Sequence record: MN871453.1
Strand: one strand, 5' to 3'
Length of the DNA stretch: 64,000 bases
The position numbers and the translations under genes were made by a program. The notes under the pieces are model-generated. The model made no database searches, was not told the origin of the DNA, and saw only the letters and a program-made list of their open reading frames with translations. The stretch's first letter is position 1. Each line of letters starts with the position of its first letter. Shown here in pieces: positions 45,676 to 54,850 of the stretch.

Positions 45676-47660
45676 CACAAATACCCTAAAGTCGGATGTT
45701 GATCGGAAAACCAAACCGCAGGCAGCTTAACTTGGATGGTACCAACGAAACCGGTAAAGTTAAGTCCAGCGTAACCGTACTGAGACGTACCGGTATCGCA
45801 TGAAAGCATGTAGGTACCCATGTAATTGTCTGCGGTAAGGGTGATGCCAGTTTTTGTTAGTGAGTTTAAAATATCTTGCTGTGGACCCAAGGCATATCCA
45901 CTATAGTTTTCGCTCATTGACACTACGTTAGTCGTGGCGTTATTAGTAAAAGTCTGAGATGAAACTAAACGACACACACCACGTACGTAAACGTTGCCAG
46001 TAGTTGCAGCACCGGCTTTGACTGAACAGGACACATGAAATTTCTGTTGACTGTTACTGTTATTAATTGGCGTACCCCAGAGAAGGTTAACCGAGTTAGT
46101 TGTACTTGTAGCAGTAATTGTCACTGGGATCAGGCCATCCGAATCTGCATCTGCTGCAGAGCCATAGACGATAGTTGAACCGTTAGCAACTACGTACCAC
46201 TGTCCAATTGCCCTGGCAGTCGGTAAGGCCGCGCCAGCGGTACCATTAAACAGTAGCCCTGTATTATTCAAAATGTAACCGTCAGAGGTATCGTAAGATG
46301 GCAGAAAACGATAGGTTTGTCCGCGTAAAGGGTAACGTATTCTTATTTTGATCTGGTTAGTGGGATCGTACGCCTTGTAACTCCCATAAGCGCTATTAAC
46401 GTGCGGGCCGTAACAGAAAATGTTTACGTTGTCAAGGTCGATAGCGGTGCGTGTAGTGGTCGCAAAACCAATTGTCCTGACTCCACGGTAAGGATCATTA
46501 ACAAACGCGTACATGAAGATATTTCCGCCGATCATTTTAAAATTATTTTCGCCAGCGCCTGTTGTACGAGTTGGGCAATTGGCTAAATAACGGAAGCCTT
46601 CAACGTGACACTCGATCAACGTATCCTGACCTATGTTCACTGGCGAATAAAAAACAACATCGTTTGTATTATAGTCGAAACTACAACCAAAATATTTAAA
46701 CATATGGACAGTATCGTTTCGGTAGACTCCGCCCAAATAGTTGTCACCAATGAGGCAGTTGACGAAGCGCATGTTCTCACCGGAGTTAACGCAGTTCACG
46801 CCTGCATCGGTGACGATACCATATCCGTTTCGATAAAAAGCGCAGTTCTCCACCACATCTAAATACGTATCAGTAGAACCAATCCTGATTCCGCCATAAA
46901 ATTGCGCAACTTTTACGCCAGTTATTTTTACTTCGCGAGTATGGACAAAACCACCAGATGGGTATGTTGTATTTCCTAAAGAAATACCATGGAACGTAGT
47001 TTTGTCGTACCCGGGACCTAAAATGAAAAGTGCGTTAGTGTCCAGTACTTCAGTGTAGCTGGCAGAACTCCCTGCGTTATTAGTGAAGGGGTTTGCTGCA
47101 GATCGAGTAAGTCCAGTAAACTCACCGGTTATTTCTACGCCATTCCCGGTAGTAAAGGCACTAAAATCCCAAGTCTGGTTAGTGTCAACAATAACAGAAA
47201 CAAACGGCGGGATACGCACTGTCGCTGTCATTTTATAAACTGTTTCGCCGGTAGCGTTATCTAATGGCGGTACGCGCAGACGGTAAGTTCCATTTGCGAT
47301 ATAGCCTCTACCGATAACAATTTTGACGATGTCACTGGTTATTTTGTTGATGCACTGGGAGAGGTTATTTAAAGAGACAGAAAAACCAGCCATCCATACG
47401 TTAATAGGTTTTGTTGTATCGAGGAGCCAGTTAGCTCCTTTAGCTGTTTTAAATACACTGTAGTCGTTATCTGCGACTGTTGAACTGGCCCTGTACGTCA
47501 TTATTTCGTTTACGTCAGGTCCGCCCACAACCGCTCGTTTTAATAGAACACGTTGGCCGTCAAACCAAGGCTCTAAAGCCCTTAACTCAGTTACGGACCC
47601 TACGGTCAAAAGAGAATATTCGCCGTTACTCCCTCGTGGCTTATTGAAATCAGTAAGCAT
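45675..47660 (-). CDS. tailspike/depolymerase with short N-terminal docking region
   Basis: MLTDFNKPRGS; GSVTELRALEPWFDGQRVLL; beta-helix; C-terminal lectin-like domain. Confidence 0.85.
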   Translation of the reverse strand: MLTDFNKPRGSNGEYSLLTVGSVTELRALEPWFDGQRVLLKRAVVGGPDVNEIMTYRASSTVADNDYSVFKTAKGANWLLDTTKPINVWMAGFSVSLNNLSQCINKITSDIVKIVIGRGYIANGTYRLRVPPLDNATGETVYKMTATVRIPPFVSVIVDTNQTWDFSAFTTGNGVEITGEFTGLTRSAANPFTNNAGSSASYTEVLDTNALFILGPGYDKTTFHGISLGNTTYPSGGFVHTREVKITGVKVAQFYGGIRIGSTDTYLDVVENCAFYRNGYGIVTDAGVNCVNSGENMRFVNCLIGDNYLGGVYRNDTVHMFKYFGCSFDYNTNDVVFYSPVNIGQDTLIECHVEGFRYLANCPTRTTGAGENNFKMIGGNIFMYAFVNDPYRGVRTIGFATTTRTAIDLDNVNIFCYGPHVNSAYGSYKAYDPTNQIKIRIRYPLRGQTYRFLPSYDTSDGYILNNTGLLFNGTAGAALPTARAIGQWYVVANGSTIVYGSAADADSDGLIPVTITATSTTNSVNLLWGTPINNSNSQQKFHVSCSVKAGAATTGNVYVRGVCRLVSSQTFTNNATTNVVSMSENYSGYALGPQQDILNSLTKTGITLTADNYMGTYMLSCDTGTSQYGYAGLNFTGFVGTIQVKLPAVWFSDQHPTLGYL

Positions 47661-47687
47661 TGTAACACCTCAAAATTGAAAGACGAA

Positions 47688-47698
47688 GTCATAGAAAA
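47688..47698 (-). promoter_or_regulatory. late promoter (TTTTCTATGAC)
   Basis: TATG core just after terminator. Confidence 0.65.
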
Positions 47699-47728
47699 AT
47701 CGGAGGAGACCAAGAGTCTCCTCCGATT
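47698..47728 (-). terminator. hairpin terminator
   Basis: aatcggaggagac/gtctcctccgatt. Confidence 0.7.
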
Positions 47729-47734
47729 AATTTA

Positions 47735-50002
47735 CTACTCGTTAATAAACCAATGTACTGGAGCTTTAACGTAAATAGTTCCTACTAACCCAGTGAAGTT
47801 GATAGATACCGCTATCTGATCAGAATATGCTGCTTTCCTCACTGACATTGGGAATGCAATGTAGCCTACATCAGTTAAACCGGTTAATGTTTTCTTCTTA
47901 TTAAAATGAGAATCTACCCCAACAGACGTACCTTGAGTGTTGGCTAATTGTGAACGAGTCTCTGTGATTGTGGCTACAGCACCGGAAACAGTACCGGTAT
48001 AAGTTGGCGTATCATAGTACTTAATGTAGTTATACAAGTAAAGCCCTGATACATAATCACTCCCTAATCTTACCGAAATTGCGGAGGCGAAAAGAGGGTT
48101 AAAGTTGTTTGCTGAATCAAATCTTTTTAAGCATTCAAGGGTAATAACATTACTTGCTAAAGTAGAAGTAATTTTAATCGTTGCGAGTCCATCTTCATCC
48201 AACGCAGCGAGTTTGGTAATTGTTACTCCGGTTCCAGTAAAACTAAACTTATGCTGAGTTCGACTATCGGTTTGGTTGTTGAAATCAGTATCTGTTGCCA
48301 CTGTATCCCATTTCCAGCGCCACCCCATCAAAGATTGTTGATAATCACTCAAAACAGGGGTAGTGGCGCGAAGGGAGCCGGATGGTGCTAGTGTATTGTA
48401 TCCGCCCTTAACAACGCAAACAAATTGGTCCCCAGTATTATCGCCGTAACCCGCAACAGTTCCCTGGCCTGTGAGGGAATAATAAGGGGCCCAGTAATAA
48501 TCCGATAAAGACCATGCACACTCATTGAAAGTTACCCCGAGGTCTTTCGTTGGGCAAGAAATCATTTGGCGTGCGTGGTTCGCTCTAAAAGTGTCAGAGT
48601 AGTAAGGAGAAGTGTACTGGTTAGGGTAGAGATAGACGCCATTGAACATGAAAATGTTTCGAATGTTCCATGTGTTACCTGGATAGATCTGAGTGAGCTG
48701 AGGTTGGTTTACCAACATATTACCAAAGCCTTCGATCCATCCTCTTTCCATCGTGACACGGGTATTAGACGAATAAAGTGCACACCTAAAAACGTCCCCT
48801 GCTGTGTAATCCAAACTCGTGTCAATGATACTAACAATCGCGCCCTTATCAAACCAGAAATGGGCTGTGTCGTTATTCCCAATAACCCCGTTAATGAATA
48901 CTACCTTTTCACCAGAGTTAACAATTGTTTGGTTAGTTTCGAACCACACTCCGATTTGGTTATTTGCAATATTGAAATCAGAAAAAGTATTGCAATAAAA
49001 GTTAATGTAGTTGATACGCAAGCCATACTTAAATCCTTCCACCCTGAAATTCTTGACGTTAAGATCCCTGACAGACATCGGGAGCGTTCCATAGGTGGCG
49101 ATTCTAATACCCGCGGCGTTACTTGTTGATTTTCCTGGTCCTAAAATAAAGAAAGACCCGCCATTAGCGTTAAAGAAATTCGACCCCTGAGTATCGACGA
49201 AATTACTATCCGGCATCTGGCCAGCTGCAACACCAGTGATACCTTCATTCGTGATAACGATCGCGTCATCGTTTGTTAGAGAAGTGACTAAATAAATATT
49301 CCCATAAGAGACTAAAGAAAAGAACGAGGGGATTTTAACTTGTTTCTCTAGCACGTATTTATCAGAAAACTGAGGAAAGAAAATCTGAGTGCTAACACCG
49401 AAAGTATTCTTGTTAGCGGAAACTTTGGCGGTAGTAAAATCAACAATTTTTTGGATTGCAGCACCTGTACCCGTACCGTCGCTTTTCACTCCGGCCAAAC
49501 GAATATCTACCCCTTTAGAGACATCAACTTTCCAACGGGCACCTTTGGGAGTCACTATAATTGAGAAGTCATTATCAGCGGAAGCAACGTCGCTAGAATC
49601 ATAATTGGCAATAATATTGATTAGCGGACCGCCTTGTACAGCACGCTCTAAAATAATTTTTTGCCCTGCGTACCACGGCTCAAATTTTCGCAGATCGGCG
49701 ATAGTCGCGATAGAAACGGTTGTCAACGCTGCGGGAAACGCCGCTCCCTGGAATACTCCTTTATCAGTCGTTATCGTCGCCACAGTGCCGGTGATATTGA
49801 TCCCTGAAACAATCCCCGTGATAGCACTGACATTGAAGATTTCTTTTGACGCTGGATCAACACCGAAAGAAAAATTGGTTAGGTCTACATTTTTATCGAG
49901 TACGGTAATAGCACTCAATGAGATGTTTAATAACTGAGAGAACACTTCTGCGCTTGACTGAACAGACGTATTCCCGCTTGGCTGAATAAAATTAGTTTGC
50001 AT
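47735..50002 (-). CDS. tailspike/depolymerase with TSP1/TSP3-like docking domain
   Basis: MQTNFIQPSGNT...NVDLT; ATIADLRKFEPWYAGQ; paralogous body to 45675-47660. Confidence 0.85.
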   Translation of the reverse strand: MQTNFIQPSGNTSVQSSAEVFSQLLNISLSAITVLDKNVDLTNFSFGVDPASKEIFNVSAITGIVSGINITGTVATITTDKGVFQGAAFPAALTTVSIATIADLRKFEPWYAGQKIILERAVQGGPLINIIANYDSSDVASADNDFSIIVTPKGARWKVDVSKGVDIRLAGVKSDGTGTGAAIQKIVDFTTAKVSANKNTFGVSTQIFFPQFSDKYVLEKQVKIPSFFSLVSYGNIYLVTSLTNDDAIVITNEGITGVAAGQMPDSNFVDTQGSNFFNANGGSFFILGPGKSTSNAAGIRIATYGTLPMSVRDLNVKNFRVEGFKYGLRINYINFYCNTFSDFNIANNQIGVWFETNQTIVNSGEKVVFINGVIGNNDTAHFWFDKGAIVSIIDTSLDYTAGDVFRCALYSSNTRVTMERGWIEGFGNMLVNQPQLTQIYPGNTWNIRNIFMFNGVYLYPNQYTSPYYSDTFRANHARQMISCPTKDLGVTFNECAWSLSDYYWAPYYSLTGQGTVAGYGDNTGDQFVCVVKGGYNTLAPSGSLRATTPVLSDYQQSLMGWRWKWDTVATDTDFNNQTDSRTQHKFSFTGTGVTITKLAALDEDGLATIKITSTLASNVITLECLKRFDSANNFNPLFASAISVRLGSDYVSGLYLYNYIKYYDTPTYTGTVSGAVATITETRSQLANTQGTSVGVDSHFNKKKTLTGLTDVGYIAFPMSVRKAAYSDQIAVSINFTGLVGTIYVKAPVHWFINE

Positions 50003-50037
50003 TTAATCAGTTTCCTGTAAAACGGCAAATAATAAAT

Positions 50038-50063
50038 TAGGGGAAGAATTTTTTCTTCCCCTA
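50038..50063 (-). terminator. hairpin terminator
   Basis: taggggaagaa/ttcttccccta. Confidence 0.7.
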
Positions 50064-50083
50064 TACCAATATTTTCCTTGCGA

Positions 50084-52939
50084 TTATACAATCTTAAGTA
50101 CGTTACCGTTAGCGGCGTCACACCAAATTTGACCTGTCACCAAACCAGTTGCGGAGGTTGGCACTTCCGTCAATTTTAACGATCCTACTTGTTGAACACC
50201 TAACAAACCAGGAGTTCTTCCCATCGATACTCGGTTACGACTCCAAATGACTTTATTGGGGTAACTGGTGGTATCTTGCGTATTAGGGCCCAGAACAATA
50301 ACATGCGTACTCACGTTCGGAACCAACATAACAGGGAAACAGTATGATGTCCACGCTCCTTTAACTAATTCTACGGGAAACTGCGCATAGACCAACTGAT
50401 TAGCGGTTGTCGCAGAATAGTACAGAACGTAAATTGCCCGATTGAAAGTAGCGTCATCTGCTAACTTTAGTTCGCCTTGAATATACCCTGGCTGAGCAAC
50501 TGCTACTGTTTTAATCGGTTGAAAAATATTACCATACCTCCCGGTGAAAGTGGCGGTGATTGCTTCTTTACCATCTATACTGTCAGTCCCTGCTGTATAA
50601 GTTACTGTACCTGCGTAGGTGATATTCGGCAAAATATTTTTAGTGATGTCGGTTACCCCAGACCCAATCCCGGCGCTATACGGTGAATGTGCTAACGGAT
50701 CCCCCGCACGGACGTCAAGAGAAGGGTCGATCAAGGAGAAGGACACCATAGGGTCATTGGAACAAATCCCCCGCCAAAGTAAATTACTATCACGGAAAGC
50801 CTTGCCACGCGTATAAAAACGGAATGGAGTAGTGCGTGTGACGTTGTCCATGTAGCAGAAATATTTCGATTTGAAATAATCCGCATATTGTAAATTTTCG
50901 TCCTCTAAAGAGAAAGTGGTAGGTAACCACCCACCGACAGATCGCATCCAGTACGCCGGATAAGTACCTGTACCAGTATAGTAGTTTCTTGAGAAAATAA
51001 AGTGCGTGGAACGCAGTGATCCAGAATAGCTACTGTATAACGGGAAACCATCGCTACCTGCATTAGCCATGAGCAATTTCACGTCTCGTGAAGTTTCGTT
51101 CTCGTTTCCAAATTTATTATCGGAAACTAAAAACATCCCTGTAATACCTGTAAAAGTAGGCGTAGTAGTAGGGACCCTGACCCAAATGTTGGCTCTATCA
51201 ACTCCATCGCCTGTGGTGCTGAATTGACCGAAATCATTAGCTTCGATCAATAAGGTACCGGACCCCGGATTAGTCGAGAGATGATATTGGTTTTTGTAGA
51301 ATTTATTCCCGCGGATAATGTTATTATCAGAACCATTATCCCAAAGGCCAATTGTACCAACGTTAGTTGCACCCGCAAACACGCAGTTCTCAATAATCCA
51401 CCATGGGCAATCTATCCTAGGAAGACGTATCGCTGTCCCAGTATAACCTTGCATGTTGAGATTGCGGAAACCTCGGATATCGGTGTAGGTATTCGCAGTA
51501 GCGCCGCGGAAATCAAAATAACTCTCTCCGCCGGTTAAATAAAGGTTTTCGGCGTAGGGACGGTAAATAGTTCCAGTGCAAGTGAATAAGGTCGTTCCAG
51601 GATCTAATGTTATTGTTGAGCCATTACCCTTAATATCAAAGAATCCTTTATCTATTGATGCGCCACTGAACTTATACGTGCCTTGCATTTCAATATAATT
51701 GGAAACTTTTAATGCATTTCTTATTGCGTCGGAAGAATATGTCGAGCCTGACGGATCCGCACCAAACCAATCAATGTTAAGTCGATTCCCCGTAAAAACG
51801 CGTTGCCAATAAAATCCGTTACCGGCGGCGATTGTTCCGCTGTCATCCGTCGCTGTTCCAATGCGACCCACAAATACCCCGGATCCGGAAGTACTCGTAC
51901 TGTAATACCCTTTCAGGTTTACCTTCTCTCCTTCAAAGTTGGGTCTCCTGCTTCGGAGATCATTGAAAGAGTTTACACCGTAGAACCCTTGAGCGACTTG
52001 TTCGAGACTCACGCCGTAACTGGTATTAATTTTCGTGGCGCCGGTAGTCAGCCCAAGTGTGACTAAAACTTCAGCGGGTGTACCCGAAACTTGTGCAGTG
52101 ATAATAGAACGAGACCCGCCCAGTATGACTTCCACGATATCTGTCGCTGAAAGAGGCTTGGCTAAATTTATTTTTGTCCCGGAGCTATCTATTTCGTAAT
52201 GAACATTAATAATCTGTTTCGATCCATTTAAATAAATTGCAGGAACAGATTTAAACGTCCACGGCGGGGTTAATGAAGTCTCTCCGCCGACTGCGCTACC
52301 GTTGTTGTAAAGCCAGGCGACATTAACATAATCGGTTACTCCTGGCTGGATAGGTGTTACGGGGGTACCCGGATAGGGTCTGACATACAGTACCAACGTA
52401 GCGTTCGCCACTAAGGGAGCGGCCAGTTTGACTTTGTTAGTCACCGGGTCAAAAGTGTAGTTAAAGTTCTTAACTTGGTGGGAACCGCCGAGGAACATTT
52501 CGACAACGTCAAAACATTCGAAAGGTAACGCAATTTCCGTCTCGCCACCGATCGCAAAGCCATCATTATAAAGATAAGAAACATATGACGTATAAGACCC
52601 GAAGGATCCGCTTGCCATCAATTTACCGGTACCGTAAACAACGGGATAACCGTCTTTATAAACTGCTGTAGCGGACGCGCCGTTAACGTTAGTGAACGCT
52701 GCGGCATAGAGTTGAGAGTCGTCTGTGTAGACGTAGAAAATCTCGTCTTTAACGGTATTAGAAATACCATTTGCTATTGACGTGTAAGCGTTTTCAAACA
52801 GAAGATTAGCACGGACGTCGTTAAGAGAAACGCGATAGGTTTCGTTTATTTGTCCCGCTAACGCGACGGGTATAACTGCGGATTCAGGGACTTTGCCTGT
52901 ACTGACTAATTCAGAAATCTTTTTGCTGTAATTGCTCAT
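50084..52939 (-). CDS. tailspike hub: KISEL anchor + two XD-like domains + beta-helix
   Basis: Start MSNYSKKISEL (GAGG RBS); YLYNDGFAIGGETEI and WLYNNGSAVGGETSL repeats; NIDWFGADPSG. Confidence 0.88.
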   Translation of the reverse strand: MSNYSKKISELVSTGKVPESAVIPVALAGQINETYRVSLNDVRANLLFENAYTSIANGISNTVKDEIFYVYTDDSQLYAAAFTNVNGASATAVYKDGYPVVYGTGKLMASGSFGSYTSYVSYLYNDGFAIGGETEIALPFECFDVVEMFLGGSHQVKNFNYTFDPVTNKVKLAAPLVANATLVLYVRPYPGTPVTPIQPGVTDYVNVAWLYNNGSAVGGETSLTPPWTFKSVPAIYLNGSKQIINVHYEIDSSGTKINLAKPLSATDIVEVILGGSRSIITAQVSGTPAEVLVTLGLTTGATKINTSYGVSLEQVAQGFYGVNSFNDLRSRRPNFEGEKVNLKGYYSTSTSGSGVFVGRIGTATDDSGTIAAGNGFYWQRVFTGNRLNIDWFGADPSGSTYSSDAIRNALKVSNYIEMQGTYKFSGASIDKGFFDIKGNGSTITLDPGTTLFTCTGTIYRPYAENLYLTGGESYFDFRGATANTYTDIRGFRNLNMQGYTGTAIRLPRIDCPWWIIENCVFAGATNVGTIGLWDNGSDNNIIRGNKFYKNQYHLSTNPGSGTLLIEANDFGQFSTTGDGVDRANIWVRVPTTTPTFTGITGMFLVSDNKFGNENETSRDVKLLMANAGSDGFPLYSSYSGSLRSTHFIFSRNYYTGTGTYPAYWMRSVGGWLPTTFSLEDENLQYADYFKSKYFCYMDNVTRTTPFRFYTRGKAFRDSNLLWRGICSNDPMVSFSLIDPSLDVRAGDPLAHSPYSAGIGSGVTDITKNILPNITYAGTVTYTAGTDSIDGKEAITATFTGRYGNIFQPIKTVAVAQPGYIQGELKLADDATFNRAIYVLYYSATTANQLVYAQFPVELVKGAWTSYCFPVMLVPNVSTHVIVLGPNTQDTTSYPNKVIWSRNRVSMGRTPGLLGVQQVGSLKLTEVPTSATGLVTGQIWCDAANGNVLKIV

Positions 52940-52978
52940 TGCAAGAAACCTCGTCTTAGGCAATGGGGGAGGAAAATA

Positions 52979-52990
52979 GTCATAGGAAAA
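52979..52990 (-). promoter_or_regulatory. late promoter (TTTTCCTATGAC)
   Basis: TATG core just after terminator. Confidence 0.65.
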
Positions 52991-52994
52991 CAAA

Positions 52995-53022
52995 TAGAGA
53001 GGGGCCAAAAGGCCCCTCTCTA
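52995..53022 (-). terminator. hairpin terminator
   Basis: tagagaggggcc/ggcccctctcta. Confidence 0.7.
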
Positions 53023-53047
53023 GAGTTTAAGATCTAGGATGCTATCA

Positions 53048-54772
53048 TTAATTTTGTTCGTACCACTTACCATTAAAATAGTTAAAAGTAACAATTTCAT
53101 TTAAAGTAAGAGTGCGAGCTGCGGATCCTTTCAAAACGATGGTGCTGTTATTGGCTAACGTAACGTTAGTATTCGCTGCATGAACCTTGATCTCTTGGGT
53201 ATTGACGCCCCCAGTAAAGTTAGTTATTGTAGTAGCGGAACTCATGTTAAGGTACAAATAAGAAATACCATCAACGGCTAAAGTGGTGCCCGATGTAAAG
53301 ACCATGGATTTTTTAGACAAGTTAAAAGGGCTTCCTAAATAATCATTGTTCTTATATTTTTGAGTGCCTACTGTGGCCTGTACGTTTGGAGCGATCCAGT
53401 TATTCCATTGACTGTTAGATGAAGTTGTATCGTTAATCCCGTACCTTGGCGTAGTGCCATCTTGAGAATAAACGCCAGCGCCGACAAAAGTATTCAAAAT
53501 ACCGGAGACCGAGAAGCCATCATGAGTGTTAGCAGCGGCGGAACCGATGCCAATTGCAGTAGGGTTACTGAAAGTGTTCGTTGAGCCAGTAACAACGAAA
53601 CCATCACCCATACATCTATCTGCACGCGCCCCTGAAAAACGAGACCGCGTGCCATCGACGTAAATCCCGATTTCACCGAACTCACCAATAGTATCAGTGA
53701 TGAAATGATTACTACCGCCGATCCTGAGAGCAACAGCCAGTTTATTACCAGCTATAGTAGTAAAACCACTTTGTCCATTAGCTTCGATTCTGAATAAGAA
53801 ATGATCTGTCCCTAATATATCAACTGCCCCTTTCAATGTAGTGAAATTTGCTCTGTCATACATTGTGTTTAAAACAATAATGTCCTGGATTACACAAGCT
53901 ATAGAGCTAGAGAGGAGGCGTATACCTTGATTCTTTGTACTGTTAACGCCTACATGACTAATTACACAATTGCCTGAGGCTACTTCTATTCCACAGTCCA
54001 AATTAGCCGAACCAATAATAGTTATATTTCTGATGGCTGAGCTATAACCATTAACTACAATACCGCGACCAGAATGTGTACACTTAATCGCAGAAGGATC
54101 ATTCTGTGAATAATTACGCATTCCGTTGATACCAGAAAGATGGTGTCCAGAAGGAATTATAATTTCTTTGCCGGAGATCCATAACCCTTCAGAAATTTCA
54201 CAATGGGTCGCATCAGAAAGAACTTCATTGATTAAATCACCAAAATCATCGGTACTAACCCTTAACTTAATATTATTGTACTTATTTTTTGTAACTGCGC
54301 GAGCTAGTTCAAATTTAGAACCATTACGCATGTCCGATAAAGTAGGTAAATAAAGTCCACCTACGTAATCCGCAAAACGTAAACTATCAACATCGGATGA
54401 TAAGGTAGTTGGTAACGTTGCAATTGAACGCACTTGTCTACTCGTCGGCAACCTGACTTGTTCATTGTCATAACCCAGAATAGGATTAGCCACACCACTA
54501 TTATTTTGGTATTGCAACACCCACAATTTCGCCGCGCTTTCGTACACGAAGAAAACGTCCCCTGACGTTGTTCCATTCAGGCCCGCATCCACAGACAGGA
54601 AAGCATTCTCGAAACCCAGCGTTTGACGGAGGTCGTTAACTTTAGTGGATTTAGTGAAAGGAACCCCTGCACTGGTTTTGGCGTTAATCGGGACGACGTC
54701 ATTCTCTTTGATGACGCCTGCGTCACCGAGTTCAGAAATTTTGATTCCGATAGAATCTGAAGTCTTAGGCAT
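53048..54772 (-). CDS. tailspike/depolymerase with KISEL anchor
   Basis: KISEL...LGFENAF...FFVYES; beta-helix; C-terminal TLTLNEIVTFNYFNGKWYE domain. Confidence 0.85.
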   Translation of the reverse strand: MPKTSDSIGIKISELGDAGVIKENDVVPINAKTSAGVPFTKSTKVNDLRQTLGFENAFLSVDAGLNGTTSGDVFFVYESAAKLWVLQYQNNSGVANPILGYDNEQVRLPTSRQVRSIATLPTTLSSDVDSLRFADYVGGLYLPTLSDMRNGSKFELARAVTKNKYNNIKLRVSTDDFGDLINEVLSDATHCEISEGLWISGKEIIIPSGHHLSGINGMRNYSQNDPSAIKCTHSGRGIVVNGYSSAIRNITIIGSANLDCGIEVASGNCVISHVGVNSTKNQGIRLLSSSIACVIQDIIVLNTMYDRANFTTLKGAVDILGTDHFLFRIEANGQSGFTTIAGNKLAVALRIGGSNHFITDTIGEFGEIGIYVDGTRSRFSGARADRCMGDGFVVTGSTNTFSNPTAIGIGSAAANTHDGFSVSGILNTFVGAGVYSQDGTTPRYGINDTTSSNSQWNNWIAPNVQATVGTQKYKNNDYLGSPFNLSKKSMVFTSGTTLAVDGISYLYLNMSSATTITNFTGGVNTQEIKVHAANTNVTLANNSTIVLKGSAARTLTLNEIVTFNYFNGKWYEQN

Positions 54773-54803
54773 TTTTACACCCTCAGGGTTAAAAGAAAGT
54801 TAA

Positions 54804-54814
54804 TCATACGAAAC
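54804..54814 (-). promoter_or_regulatory. late promoter (GTTTCGTATGA)
   Basis: TATG core just after terminator. Confidence 0.7.
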
Positions 54815-54842
54815 AAAGAGAGGGCCAAGCGGCCCTCTCTTT
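54815..54842 (-). terminator. hairpin terminator
   Basis: aaagagagggcc/ggccctctcttt. Confidence 0.7.
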
Positions 54843-54850
54843 GTTATCGT

